The translations under genes were made by a program, and so were the position numbers. The notes under the pieces are model-generated. The model did no database searches, was not told the DNA's origin, and saw only the letters and a program-made list of their open reading frames with translations. This document shows positions 11,850-23,129 of a stretch of DNA of 64,000 nucleotides, one piece after another. Position 1 is the first letter of the stretch. Every line of letters starts with the position of its first letter. Origin of the DNA: Eledone cirrhosa (lineage: Eukaryota); NCBI GenBank assembly GCA_964016885.1, contig OZ024740.1:138508001-138572000 (forward strand), read 5' to 3'.

Positions 11850-14800
11850 CTACAGGACAATGTAGAGAGAAGGCCCATTTACACGAGCCATTCTCGCTTC
11901 TTTCACCAACCTTTCATAAAACTGTCTGGGGCCAAGCACTTCTCTCTCCATCCTGATCCTTCTTCCGAAGTGGTATCGGAAGAAGTAAACCAGGTGATGG
12001 CCGGAGAGAAAGTCACCCGACCTCAAACCTTTCAGGCGCGTCCACCACACAACCTCTTTCATCATGGCTATTACGCACAGAAAGACCGCCTCTGCTTCAT
12101 TTCTGAAGGGAGGAGGCGGCTTGATGTTCACCAAAGACTCGGCGGTTAATCGAATCGGCGCCACACGCGACAGCAGTCGTTCGACGTAGCCCCACAGATC
12201 GGCAACGCCCGGGCAGTGTACCAGTGCATGCGCAACGGTTTCCTCGTCGCGCACGCATCTGGACAGATCTTTTTCGCTGGATCCCTGCCCGGGCGCCCGT
12301 GTCTGTAGAGCTTTTCTCGAACGGGCAGAGCCCCCCGGTAACACTGCCAGGCTAGGGACCTCTGGAAGTTGTCAATGGGTCCCGGGCCGAAAGTTCTACC
12401 GAACAGGCTGGCCAGTTCGTCCTCCTCCATGCCTAGCGACTCTCCAAGGGTGTCGTCGCCCCTGCTAGCCAACAGCCCTCTATAGAATGTCGAGGTGGAT
12501 TCTCCACTGACAGTCGGGTCCGCTTGCCAGATAGCCGTGAGCGCCTGGGCACACTCGGTGTGCCAGTTGCCCAGTTTTCTCGGTCTTTGCTTCACCCAGC
12601 ATTGCAGCTTGGTGAGCGAGACGAGCTGTGGGAAGGCTCGCCTCACAAACGGGGCCCACACCGGCTGACCGGTGAGGAATACCTGTAGATGCCGTAGCCT
12701 CAATGCGTGCCTACGCATCAACAGCCACGGCATACCCAGCCCTCCTTTCGAAGGGTGCTGGCAGCAGATGGATCTCCTCACCATGGGAGGCCGCTTCTTC
12801 CAGAGGAACTGGAAGAGCATGCGTTCCATGATGGTGATCTTTTCCTTGGGGCAAGGTACGACGGTCAGGCGGTAGCAGATGACGGACGCTATGTAAGCGT
12901 TCGTCACCTCCGCCCGACCTTTCAGTGATAGTTTGCACTTGGCCCACTTCTGGGTCAGCGCAAACACCCTGCTCGTCACCTCGCCCCAATTCTTCTCCAC
13001 CTGGAGGTCCGGTCCGAACCAGACCCCGAGCAGCTTCACCGGGCCCTCCGTCCATCGCCCGACGACACCGTCTAACGGCATCGGTTTGCCCCTCCACGTT
13101 CCGAGTTGCAAACCGACTGACTTGTTCCGGTTCAGCCTAGCCCCCGTCAGCCTTTCGTATTCCTCCAGTAGGGTGGCGATCACCCCGATTTCCGAGACGT
13201 CCGCCACCATTACTGTTACGTCGTCGGCATAGGCCGAGACCGCTTTGTGCAATCCCGGTTCCAGGGGTATGCCCCGCAGCAACTCCAACTTCCGCAGTAG
13301 TAGCTCGAGAGTCAATACGTACAGAAGGGAGGAGAGGGGGCACCCCTGTCTGATAGACCGGGTGATTTGAAACGGCTCCGAGAGGTAGCCGTTTACTTTA
13401 ATCCTAGAGTAGATGTTGCCACTGTGCATGGCAGAAATCCAGCCCCTGAAAACGGGTCCGAAGCCCGCCGCCGCTAGCACCGCATCCAGGTAGCGATGGT
13501 CGACCCTATCGAACGCCTTAGATTGATCCAAGTTGATCAGGGCCCCACCAAAGCCGGGTTCGTTGCCAACCCTCTCTATGATGTATCGCATGAGGTGGAG
13601 GTTGTCGTGAATGGACCTGGACGGGATAGCGCATGTCTGCGCGTCTCCTACCAAACCACCCACCACAAGCGCCAACCTCTTCGCCAACACCTTGGCCAAA
13701 ATCTGTAACTCTGCATTCAGCAGAGTTATGGGCCTAAAGTTACTTAAGTCGTCCCCCTTGCTCTCGTCCTTCCTCACTAGCGTGACCACGCCCTTGGTCA
13801 CAGAACAGGGAATTCTCCCGTTCTGTTGCCAGTTGCAATAGACAGCCTCGAGGAGTTCGGAGAACAAGACCGGCATAGCTAAATAAAGTTCGTATGGTAA
13901 ACCATCGAGACCCGGAGATTTGCGTCTGCTGCATTGGCTGAGCGCTTCCCCGATTTCAGTGGCTGTGATTGGCCTTTCGCAGCACTCCGCTTCGCCGCTC
14001 GAAAGACGCGGTAGACCGTCGAGGTATGGACCGAAGTCCACATCCCCGTCCGGCCCCCCGCCCCCTCCGAACAGTCGAGCAAAGTGCCTTTGAAAGGCCT
14101 CGCACATCCGCTCAGGTTCAAGGATCACCCGTCCATCCTGGTCTCGCAAAGACCGAATGGTGGATTTAGTCCCACTCTTGGCTTCTGTCACGCGGGCCCA
14201 GCTAACAGCTTTGGTACCCTCGTTTCCAAAAGCACGTATTTTACTTCGGACAACGCAGCCTTCGTGCTTCGCATCAAAGAACTGGCTCAACGCCGTTCTC
14301 GCCGCTAACACTCTGGCTACGTCTCCGCTCCTAATCGCCTCTTCTAGTTTATCTGTTAACTCCCTTTCCTTCCTATTTCTATTCGCCGCTAGTTCCTTAC
14401 TGTAACCTATCGAAATTACTCTAATCTCTCTCTTTAGAGATACCCACCACCTACTGTTGACGATCGCTCCCGTCAACCGCATCTTAACTAAGCTACTAAT
14501 CCGGTTCCTGTAATCTTTCTTTGCCGGCAAGGACAAGTTCATCTTCCAGTAACCGGGACCCTGTCTATGCGTTCTATCAAGGTTGACCACGCAGGTCACT
14601 AATTTGTGATCTGAATAGCCAACCATGATCAATTCTGGACAACTAAATACGTCCCTATCCTTACTCCTAACCAAAAACCTATCTAGGTACGATCTAGATT
14701 GTCCACTGCGGTTTGCCCAGGTCCAGGTTGGCGCAGTTGGACAATCTAGTCGAAATCTATCGACCAGGTCGAATCGATCGAGTAACCCCTTGAGGCTGCT

Positions 14801-15289
14801 ACACCCCCCTCTATCGGGACATGCCCCTGCATAGTCCCAACGCGCATCTAGGATTCCATTCCAGTCCCCCACTAAAAGCAGGGAACGCGACGTTCCTAGA
14901 AAAGTCTCCAGACGCTGGAAGAAGTCGGCTCTTTCAGCCCCGAAGGGGGCATAAAGACCGACCAGTCTGAAGGCCCCGCCTTCACCGCCTCCGACGTCCA
15001 GCACCAGTAATCGACCCCCCGGGTCCGAGTGAACAATCTGTACGTCGAGAGCCAGACGTTTATCCAGCAGTACGGCAACTCCCCCCCCCCCGCCTCCGGG
15101 TTGACAGAGAGATGCGTGCATCTCAAAGTCATCGTAGGCGGGAGCCAGCTGTCGCACGCTGCTGATCCGACTCTCGCAAACAACCATCACATCTATACTT
15201 CGTGACCTGAGGTCACTTAGTAGCTTTGCTTGCTTCCAAGCTGAGCCCAGGCCACGCGCGTTCAAACAGCCAACTCTCAATTGATCTAT
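11850..15289 (-). pseudogene. Tx1 ORF2: APE endonuclease, RT and C-terminal cysteine motif; one frameshift near 12260; ATA at the expected start
   Basis: LRVGCLNARGL, GDWNG, SYLDRF, YSDHKL; RT motifs NFRPITLLN, LDQSKAFDRVDH, RQGCPLS, AYADDV; the C-terminus RCVRDEETVAHALVHC continues in frame 11850-12344; copy 3 has one more base at this site. Confidence 0.95.
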
Positions 15290-17133
15290 TTTGGTGTTGA
15301 AAGTGAAGAAAGAAAAGCACCTACCTCTCCGGGTTGTGTAATTTCCATGGCGTCAGGTGTGTTGGGTGGAGGGATGTTTTGTGGTGGTGTGGGGGTATCC
15401 GAGTGTGGTGGGGTTGGGGTGTTTGGAGTTGTGTCAGGGAGAGGGGAGGTTATGGGGAAATCTTTCAAGAGGACGCGATTTAACGGTTTTAAACAGGGGG
15501 GGGGGGCTCACGTCCTGTCTAAATTGTTCTTTTAAGGAACGATAAAGGTCCAGAGGGACCTTTATCATTTTTAAATGGGTGAAGTTCTCTGTTGAGATAA
15601 AATTTGGCCCTTCGGTCTGCACCAAAGGGCTATTGTTTATTAATTTAAACAGTTTTTTGTTTTCTTTATTTATATATGTGTATTGCAATGTCTTTTTTTG
15701 TGATGCTGTCAATGTTTCGGAGAGGGGAGGCGCAGATTTATTTTTGTTTGTTGAGGGTGGGGTGTTTTTGATTGGAGTTGGTGTTTGTGTGTGGGTTATT
15801 TGTGGTGTGCTGGGTGTGTGCTTTCTTTTTTTTCTTTTAACTTGTCTGAAGGCTTCTCCTCCTTCTTCTTCAGAAGTTGGGGGAAACTCTTCAGCGCTAG
15901 GTGGGAGGGACGTCGTGTCTGGTTGTTTTTTTTGCGGGAGGGGTAGATTTGTTGCTGTTTTTTTTTATTATTTGTTTGGAATGCGTTTTGTGGTGGTGGT
16001 GGTGATGTTTGTGTCGTGCTTGTGGTTGGTAATGGTGGTGGTGATGTTTGTGTTTTGGTTGGTGATGGTGGTGGTGATTTTTGTGTCGTGCTTGTGTTTG
16101 GTGCTGGTGGTGGTGATGTTTGTGTTGTGCTTGTGGTTGGTGGTGTCTGTATTTTGTTTGCTGTGTGTGGTATTAGTGTATTTTTGGAGGTGGGTGGTGT
16201 TGGTGAACTGTTTGTGGTGGGTGTGGGCAATCGTCCTTTTTGGGGGATACGTTTCGGGCAGTTAGCCTTAACGTGTCCTCTTTCCGTGCATAAATAGCAT
16301 GCTGGTCTTCTTCCCTCTACAATTATATCTATTGGGGTGAGGTCATCCAGCCAGATGCGATCCAGGATTTGTGCTATTCTTTCGGGCTTCATTTGGACTA
16401 GTAGGTCGAGGCCCATTCCCAGGAACGCATCTCCGGATGCCTTCCCCATTGACAGCACTGTGTCCTCGCCCATGTCTATGAAGCCAGCAATAGCCCACCA
16501 GAAGTCCATTGTGGTCAGCATTGTTTGTACTTTTACTCTCTGTGTTCTTCTACCCATGTAGGAGGGATAGAAGCTGTATGTTGTCGATGAGAGTGGGCTT
16601 AGGGAAAGCTTCTGCGCCGTTTCCTTGTCTTTTGTTAAGACCGAAATGCTGCCATAGAGGTCGGTCTTTTCGTATGAAGAGAATATTCTTCATATAGTCT
16701 TTTAGGACCAACTCTATCTCCATTTGGCTGGGCTGTGCTGGCTTTCTTGTTTGGTTTAATATTGTTCTGAAGAGATCTGTGCTCTCTGTTCTCGCTTTCT
16801 TGAATTCGGGGGAGGGAGTTAATGGAAAACATTCCGTTCTCCCCCAAAACAATGTGTTTCTTTGCTTCGGCCAGTTTTTCTCTGGCGGCAGTTAAGTCTA
16901 TTGGTGTATATGTTATGGACTGTTTTGTTTTCTGGGCGAAAGTTGCCTTGTTGTTATTTGTATTATTATTTTCTGTTTGTTTGTTTTCCGTTTGCTCATT
17001 TTCCGTAACATTTGTTTTTTCATTTTCCTTGTTTGTTTCGTTGTCTAATTTTGTTGTATTTATTTTTTTGTTCTTCAGACTTGGGGGGCGTGGCAGAGCT
17101 AATGGCAGACATGTCTGCCATCTTTTCCGCCAT
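15286..17133 (-). pseudogene. Tx1 ORF1, frameshifted
   Basis: Pieces 16635-17141, 16550-16852, 15796-16557, 15434-15712 and 15286-15468; IVEGRRPACYLCTERGHVKANC zinc knuckle; ATG GCG GAA AAG ATG at 17133. Confidence 0.85.
15990..16145 (-). repeat. Coding minisatellite in ORF1 (TTSTTQTSPPP-like units)
   Basis: Four to five imperfect 30-36 bp units of ggtggtggtgatgtttgtgt(c/t)gtgcttgtg. Confidence 0.8.
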
Positions 17134-18073
17134 GCTGCCAAGAAATAAATTTTACAGCAAAATAGATATTTATTTTACCCCCTAAAAAGGGGGTAAATGT
17201 AAAAAATGTTTCCCTAAATAACAGGGGTTAGTGTTCCAAATGTGTTGTACTGAAAAATTTATCTGGTACTTACTATAGTAAGGGTTAATTCCGATGGAAT
17301 AGCGGAGCCGATGTGAAGCGTGTCTTACTCTATCAAGATAGATAGATAGATAGATAGATATCTTCTCTTGTTTTTCGCCATGCACACTGGACGTAATATT
17401 ATGCAACCCGACCCATATGCACGAAATTGCCTTGGTCTAGGTGAGGCTGATAAGGAATTTAGATATTTTGTTTGTTTTCCCGTTTGTTTAGTTTTCTGCA
17501 TGAAACTTTGCTTCTATAGATATGTATAGTGCAATAAAAATATGGAAGACAATTACAATAAGTATTATTAGGTCAACACTTGTGTGAAATGGAAAAAGAA
17601 GAGTCTTCAACGAAGAAGACGTTAGTCCTTCATCAGAAAAGAGAAGAAAGGGAAGTTGGAAGAGAGATAAGGTTGGAAGAAAAAGTATGTCCCTCCTCTT
17701 ATCCTTACGATTACTTTTTTATTTTCAGTTTTATTTTGTTTTTTATTAGTATTCTTACTATCTATCCTTCTATACGCACCCTATAACCCCACCATCTCCA
17801 GTTTCAGGAACCATTCGGTCATACCACACGCCCCATCTATTTTTCTGTATACCCTATTTCTTGAGTCTATATACTTCTAGTAAATAAAATTAGTTTAGTG
17901 TTTCTGAGGAGGATGGCCGATTGAACAGGGTTTTCAAGACTAGAAATGAGTAGTAATTTAACCACTACCATGCTAGTAGATACATTGATCTCCATCAATC
18001 AATCAACTCTCTGAAATGATCGTAAAACAATGAACTAATTTTCTACCTACACCTGGCTTCTGTTATTATTGTT

Positions 18074-18182
<109 letters not shown>

Positions 18183-18394
18183 GCACGCACGCACGCACGC
18201 ATACACACACACACACACACGAATATATATGTGTATATATGTATATGTGTGTGTGTATAATTTTGATACTCTATATTTTCGTGAACGTATATATCCACAC
18301 TGAGTTGCGCATACTTATGTATGAGCCTAAATCAGAAAACATCACTATTAATTATTTCATTATTAGTAGTATTATTTTACTATTATAATACTGC

Positions 18395-18520
18395 CATTCT
18401 GAGTTCAAATCCCACCGAGGTTAACTTTGCCTTTCATCCTTACAGGGGTCAATCAAATAAAGTACCAGAAATGCACTGGGTTTTTGCTGGCTGTGTGCCA
18501 AAAGTAGAAACAATTATTAA
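18395..18520 (+). mobile_element. SINE family A (3' two-thirds)
   Basis: ttctgagttcaaatccc B-box-like, ctttgcctttcatcctt..ggggtc, tail gctgtgtgccaaaagtagaaacaattatt. Confidence 0.85.
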
Positions 18521-18599
18521 TACTTTCAGTATTTTTATGTTAAATCATTTTCTATATATGGTAGCTGGAACATATTCGGCTATTCTAGAAAGAATATTA

Positions 18600-18895
18600 G
18601 TCTGCTGATTATTTATAACTGAATATGATTTTTTCATAGCAAGAATTTGTTCTTTCCACTTTACATAATGAAGTAATTCTCCTTGCATACAGTTTGCTCA
18701 TCTCAAGAGAACATCCTCACACACTTCCGTTATGTATTCCTGTTTTCTAAAGGTAGTTTTTGGTCGTAATTCTTTTGCAATATTTACTTTCGCGTGTACA
18801 GGTTGATTTTTCTCAGTTTCAAATGATCCCGCTAAAGGTGAAAGCAGAAATTCCTTGCTTAAACTTTTAATCTGTACTAATATTTTGCTCTACGA
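18600..18895 (+). mobile_element. Solo 3' terminus of the Naiad-type PLE family seen at 55.6-57.9 kb
   Basis: 18730-18880 aligns by eye with 57750-57890; ends in a (TA)n tract; left boundary uncertain. Confidence 0.65.
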
Positions 18896-18920
18896 GTATA
18901 TATATATTTATATATATATA

Positions 18921-19257
18921 TGGGGTAACAAGTTATCGTTATAGGTAATCCAGTTAGAGGTTGTGAGTACTCTGCGTCGTGGATAGTTTTAACATACGGC
19001 TTTGTTTAACTCAACAAGATGTTTCCATAGTTCGGCAGCGGGTTCGCGGTAATTCCTATGTAGGTTATACTTCGAGTAATAATAGTGAAAGAATGAAAAG
19101 TAACATGGTTGGCTGTACAACAAGGTGCTTTATTTCAGGTATTGACAATTGCTTCATTGATCAGGTGAGTCTAGAGGCCGCTAATCGTTCGAAGTTGCGT
19201 CAATCGATCTCCATTACATTATTTACCTCTGATCCAACCATGTTACTCTTCATTCTT

Positions 19258-19263
<6 letters not shown>
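18921..19263. repeat. TA-flanked module with internal 32 bp inverted repeat, probably a PLE terminal remnant
   Basis: atagtgaaagaatgaaaagtaacatggttgg (19082) versus ccaaccatgttactctttcattctttcactat (19234); (TA)n on both sides. Confidence 0.45.
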
Positions 19264-19341
<78 letters not shown>

Positions 19342-19577
19342 ACCTTTATTGAATCATCTTTGTATTTATCATAACTATATATATAATCGGTATTTACCAT
19401 CTTATAAGTTCATTGCCTGCCTTCTCGCTTTTCGTATGTCTTTTATATGGTCATGGATACGTTCGGCTAGGTAATATTAACTGATGTGTACGCTCTGACC
19501 GATTCTTTTTGCAACTATTTTGTCATCGAACAATTATTAGACAACATGATCGATATTATTGTGCATTGATCAAAATT

Positions 19578-19651
<74 letters not shown>

Positions 19652-19837
19652 ACATGTATATATACATATATGTATATGTGTGAGTGTGTGTATGTGTCTA
19701 TATGTTTACGTCCCATTGCTTAACAACCCGTGTTCTGTTATTTATCAGTTCGACAAATACGGACCGATGAAATATGTACCAGACTTTGAATGTGATAGCC
19801 GCAGTCTAATTACTGAAACCAGTAAAAAGAATAATGG

Positions 19838-19940
19838 TTTCTTTATTAGCGACACAAGGCTGACATTAAGTAAACAATAAAAACAGTTCAGGAAGATACA
19901 GAATGGGATTTTTTGGTGTAAAAAATGTTTATAACAATAA

Positions 19941-19976
<36 letters not shown>

Positions 19977-21055
19977 AAAAAAACGAACATAACAAATTCC
20001 TTAAAAAGGAAGTGACCTCCGTGGGGTCAATCGTGGAGAAAGCCCGCACAAATCCATGGTCACCCTGACTGCTAAGGCAAGTGCCCCCTCCCAGTTCTCC
20101 AATTTACAAGCGCATACTCAGAGCAGGCCCATTCACTCAGATCATGCTCTCCACTTTCACCCACCTTTCAACAAACTAGTTGGCAAGGGGCACTTCTCTC
20201 CCCACCAACATTTTGCTCTTTTAGTGAAACCTGAAAAAATTAATCAGAGCTTCGCCGAACAGGAAAGTACTTATCTTCAACCCTTTCACGCATGTTCATC
20301 ACACAACATCTTTCACCATGGCCATCAAGCAGATAAAAACTGCCTGTGTTTCCCGACTAAAGGAAGACGGCAGGGGATCTTCGCAATGAACTCAATTGAT
20401 ATTTGGATACGTCCCACCCGCGACAGAAGGTGTTTGACATAAACTCACATGACTCGGACACTGGACGAGTGCGTGCAGGATGGTTTCGTCTCCCTGCGTG
20501 CATCACGGACTGGCCAGGCTGACGGCACTCTCATGCCAACTCTAAACGACAATGCTTTGGCTAGGAATTTCTGGAAACTATCCATGGGCCCTAGACCAAA
20601 GATCTTCCAGAAAAGAGCGATTAGTTGACTTTTGTCGTCGTTTTTTTACCGCCAATAACGCACTATAGAACACCGCGGTGGAGTTTCTACCGATTGTACC
20701 GCCTGATTGGCTGAGGACTGTAAGCGCTTGAAGATATTTTAGTTTCCAAGCGCTCCCTATATGTCTTCGCTTGACTCAAGACTGCAGCCCTGTTAAGGAA
20801 AAGAAGTGTGAAAACACGCGTCTCGCAAACGGCGACCACACCTGTTCACCTTCGAGATAAAGCTGGAGATGACGTAGCTTCAGCGCATGTTTGTGCAATA
20901 TCAGCCACGGCATGCCCAGTCCTCCACGCAGTGAGTGTTGAGAGCAAATGGACCGCCAGACCAATGGCATCCGCCCCTTTCACAAAAAGCGGAAGAGCAG
21001 GAAATAAATTTAGAGTTAGGTCAATTCTTTTGCTTACCATCCGTATACTAGTGGG
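19838..21055 (-). mobile_element. 5'-truncated, decayed Tx1 LINE (TAA-type 3' end)
   Basis: Translation MPLVWRSICSQHSLRGGLGMPWLILHKHALKLRHLQ is homologous to the ORF2 C-terminus; 3' end gccttgtgtcgctaataaagaaaccattatt. Confidence 0.85.
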
Positions 21056-21194
21056 TACGTATAGACACTCATTCACAAATTCTCATCTCCATCTCTCTCT
21101 ATATTTGGTATCTATCTAGCTATCTGCGTTATGCTTGTATTAAAAACAATTATCATCACAGTTGTTGTTATTACTATTAGTATTTTAGTAGTAT

Positions 21195-21408
21195 TTTAGT
21201 GTCGAACAAAATGTTCTGCGGTATTTAGTTACGAATTTTTACGTTCTGAGTTCAAATCTCACCGAGGTCAATTTTGTCTTTCATCTTTCCGATGTTGATA
21301 AAATAAAGTACTAATTAAATACTGGGGGTCAATATAATCGACTTTCTTCTCCCAAAATTCTTCTCCAAAATTGCAGGCCTTATACCGAGATTAGAAATCC
21401 TCCATTAT
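21195..21408 (+). mobile_element. SINE family A (long variant)
   Basis: acgttctgagttcaaatctcaccgaggtc...aaataaagtac...tactgggggtcaatataatcgac...caaaattgcaggcctt. Confidence 0.8.
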
Positions 21409-21409
21409 A

Positions 21410-21835
21410 AAGGGGTGGATCGGTGGAATCATTAGAGCATCGGACAAAATACCGCTTTTCATCACAAGAAAAACTGCAGGGGTACCTTAAAATTTATTTT
21501 ACTCCATTTAATTATGACTATACGTATGTGAATCTCTCACAAAACATACAACACTTGCACAGCCACCAAACTCTAACTATTCTTAAACTGACTCTTGAAG
21601 CCAATGTTTGGCTTTTGTTCTCGAAAAAACTTACTTGAAAATAATTTTTAAGGTACTCCTGTAGTTTTTTTGTGAAGAAAATCTATAGTTGGAGATTTCT
21701 CGAAATCTATCTGTCGTTATTATTGTTGTCAAGTTTCACTTTGCCTTTCATCCTTACGGGGTCGATAAAATAAAGTACCAGTAATGCACTGGGTAATTGC
21801 TGGCCTTGTGCCAAAAGTAGAAACAGTTATTATTG
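21410..21835 (+). mobile_element. SINE family A split by an inverted-repeat insert
   Basis: Head ggtggaatcattagagcatcggacaaaatacc at 21410-21453; tail ctttgcctttcatccttacggggtcg...gtagaaacagttatt at 21735-21835. Confidence 0.7.
21456..21681. mobile_element. MITE-like segment with about 45 bp terminal inverted repeats
   Basis: ttttcatcacaagaaaaactgcaggggtaccttaaaatttatttt versus aaaataatttttaaggtactcctgtagtttttttgtgaagaaaa; no TSD recognised. Confidence 0.6.
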
Positions 21836-22119
21836 TTGTCGTTGTTGTAATTGATATATGAGTTCGGAACCTAGGTGAAATATCGATATGCAAAAATAAA
21901 CTCTGAGGATTCCGACCTAAAACCAACTCCTCAAGGTTAAATTATAAAACCATAAACAAATTTCAAAATAATCTTTTAAGAAAAAAATTATTTTAATTTT
22001 AATTTTTTTAAATTTAAAAATTAAAAATGTGAGGTTCTGCAACTCTATGACTCTGGGGCAAAGTTTAGGTCGGCTGAAACATATGTTAGTTTGAAAATGC
22101 ATTGATTCTTTGGTGTTTT

Positions 22120-23030
22120 TTATAAACAGCTAGGCAAAAACTAAAAATTAGGGTAGTTGAAAACCCAGGAATTCTAATAAAATCCTTGATTAGCTGAACT
22201 CACATATTTAAGAAAAACTCATGCACCGACAGCAATTGTAAGATAAGTCCAGAGATAAACTGTAAAACTATAAATGTACAAAGGGCTAATTACCATGAAA
22301 TACATTGGAGAAACGTCTCTACCAACATGTCAAACAAGAAAACAGTGGTTCAATAGAAAATATTGAGATAAATATCATATCTACACACTGAACAGGCGCA
22401 ATGCTCAGACAGATTAAGAAAGCCACGCATATAATAGAAAGTAAACCCGTTTCCCAGAGATAGCATGAATGGAATAGCAGACATATAAGAACAAATACAA
22501 CGGAGTACACACACAAACATAATCTCACCCTTGATAGAATACAGGAATAGAATAATAATTACCTAGTGACGGGTGAAAGAGAGAACAAAAAGTACCCAAA
22601 AATAATCTTGGAAGAGAAGACAAATCGACTCACATACATGCACATGCCAAACACAGAACCGTGTAGAATTAGCAGCACACAAAGACACATACATATGCAA
22701 ACACACAGAGACACAAACACACGCATGGTCATATTACATACCAGAGAAATACAAGATGGAGTAGATAGAACAAGATCAAAACAAAGAGGGGGCGCAGAAG
22801 AGCAAAACTAGTCATTGACAAGGTCACAGAATGTGAGACAAAATAGTTTTGACAATTGAATAACCACTCCGTTACTAAACTAACAGAGGAATGGATTATT
22901 TACCTAAGAATAAAACTGAAGAGGGACTCAACCGTTGTGTGTGTTTTATTGGCAACAAAACCCTCCTGTTTCAACAAACCATTTCACATCAAAGATCTTG
23001 AAAAACAAATACAAAAACGATATGATATAT
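22120..23030 (+). mobile_element. Decayed PLE 3' part (GIY-YIG remnant, 3' UTR, dead hammerhead); same family as 50688-52570
   Basis: Manual translation LKIRVVENPGILIKSLIS, INCKTINV, KYIGETS, AMLRQI, HEWNS matches ORFs 51512 and 51139; 22811-22853 is homologous to the 50902 hammerhead; tail tattggcaacaaaaccctcc matches 52537. Confidence 0.75.
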
Positions 23031-23039
23031 ATATTCATT

Positions 23040-23108
23040 ATTAGTACAGATTAAAAGTTTAAGCAATAAATTTGTGCTTCCACTCTAAGCAAGAATTCTG
23101 AATCTGAT
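23040..23108 (-). mobile_element. Short 3' tip of the Naiad-type PLE family of 55.6-57.9 kb
   Basis: Reverse complement ...ttgcttaaacttttaatctgtactaa matches 18855-18880. Confidence 0.6.
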
Positions 23109-23129
23109 ATATATATATATATATATATA

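Larger units (their letters stand above)
11620..17335 (-). mobile_element. Near full-length Tx1/L1-clade LINE copy 2 (about 5.7 kb) inserted in (GATA)n
   Basis: 5' UTR, ORF1, ORF2 and a 3' UTR ending gtggcaaataaatagaa; flanks gagatagatagagagat and gatagatagatagatagata. Confidence 0.95.

Noticed and set aside
15579-16265. Hydrophobic membrane-protein-like ORFs on plus (also 1998-2306, 2185-2586, 3288-3551, 16822-17148)
   Set aside because: Antisense shadows of the A/C-rich Tx1 ORF1.
17570-17990. Hammerhead half-motifs (cttcatcag at 17627, ctgagga at 17904; also 23185, 30360 and 54735)
   Set aside because: Core or stems are incomplete; may be old PLE termini but not callable.
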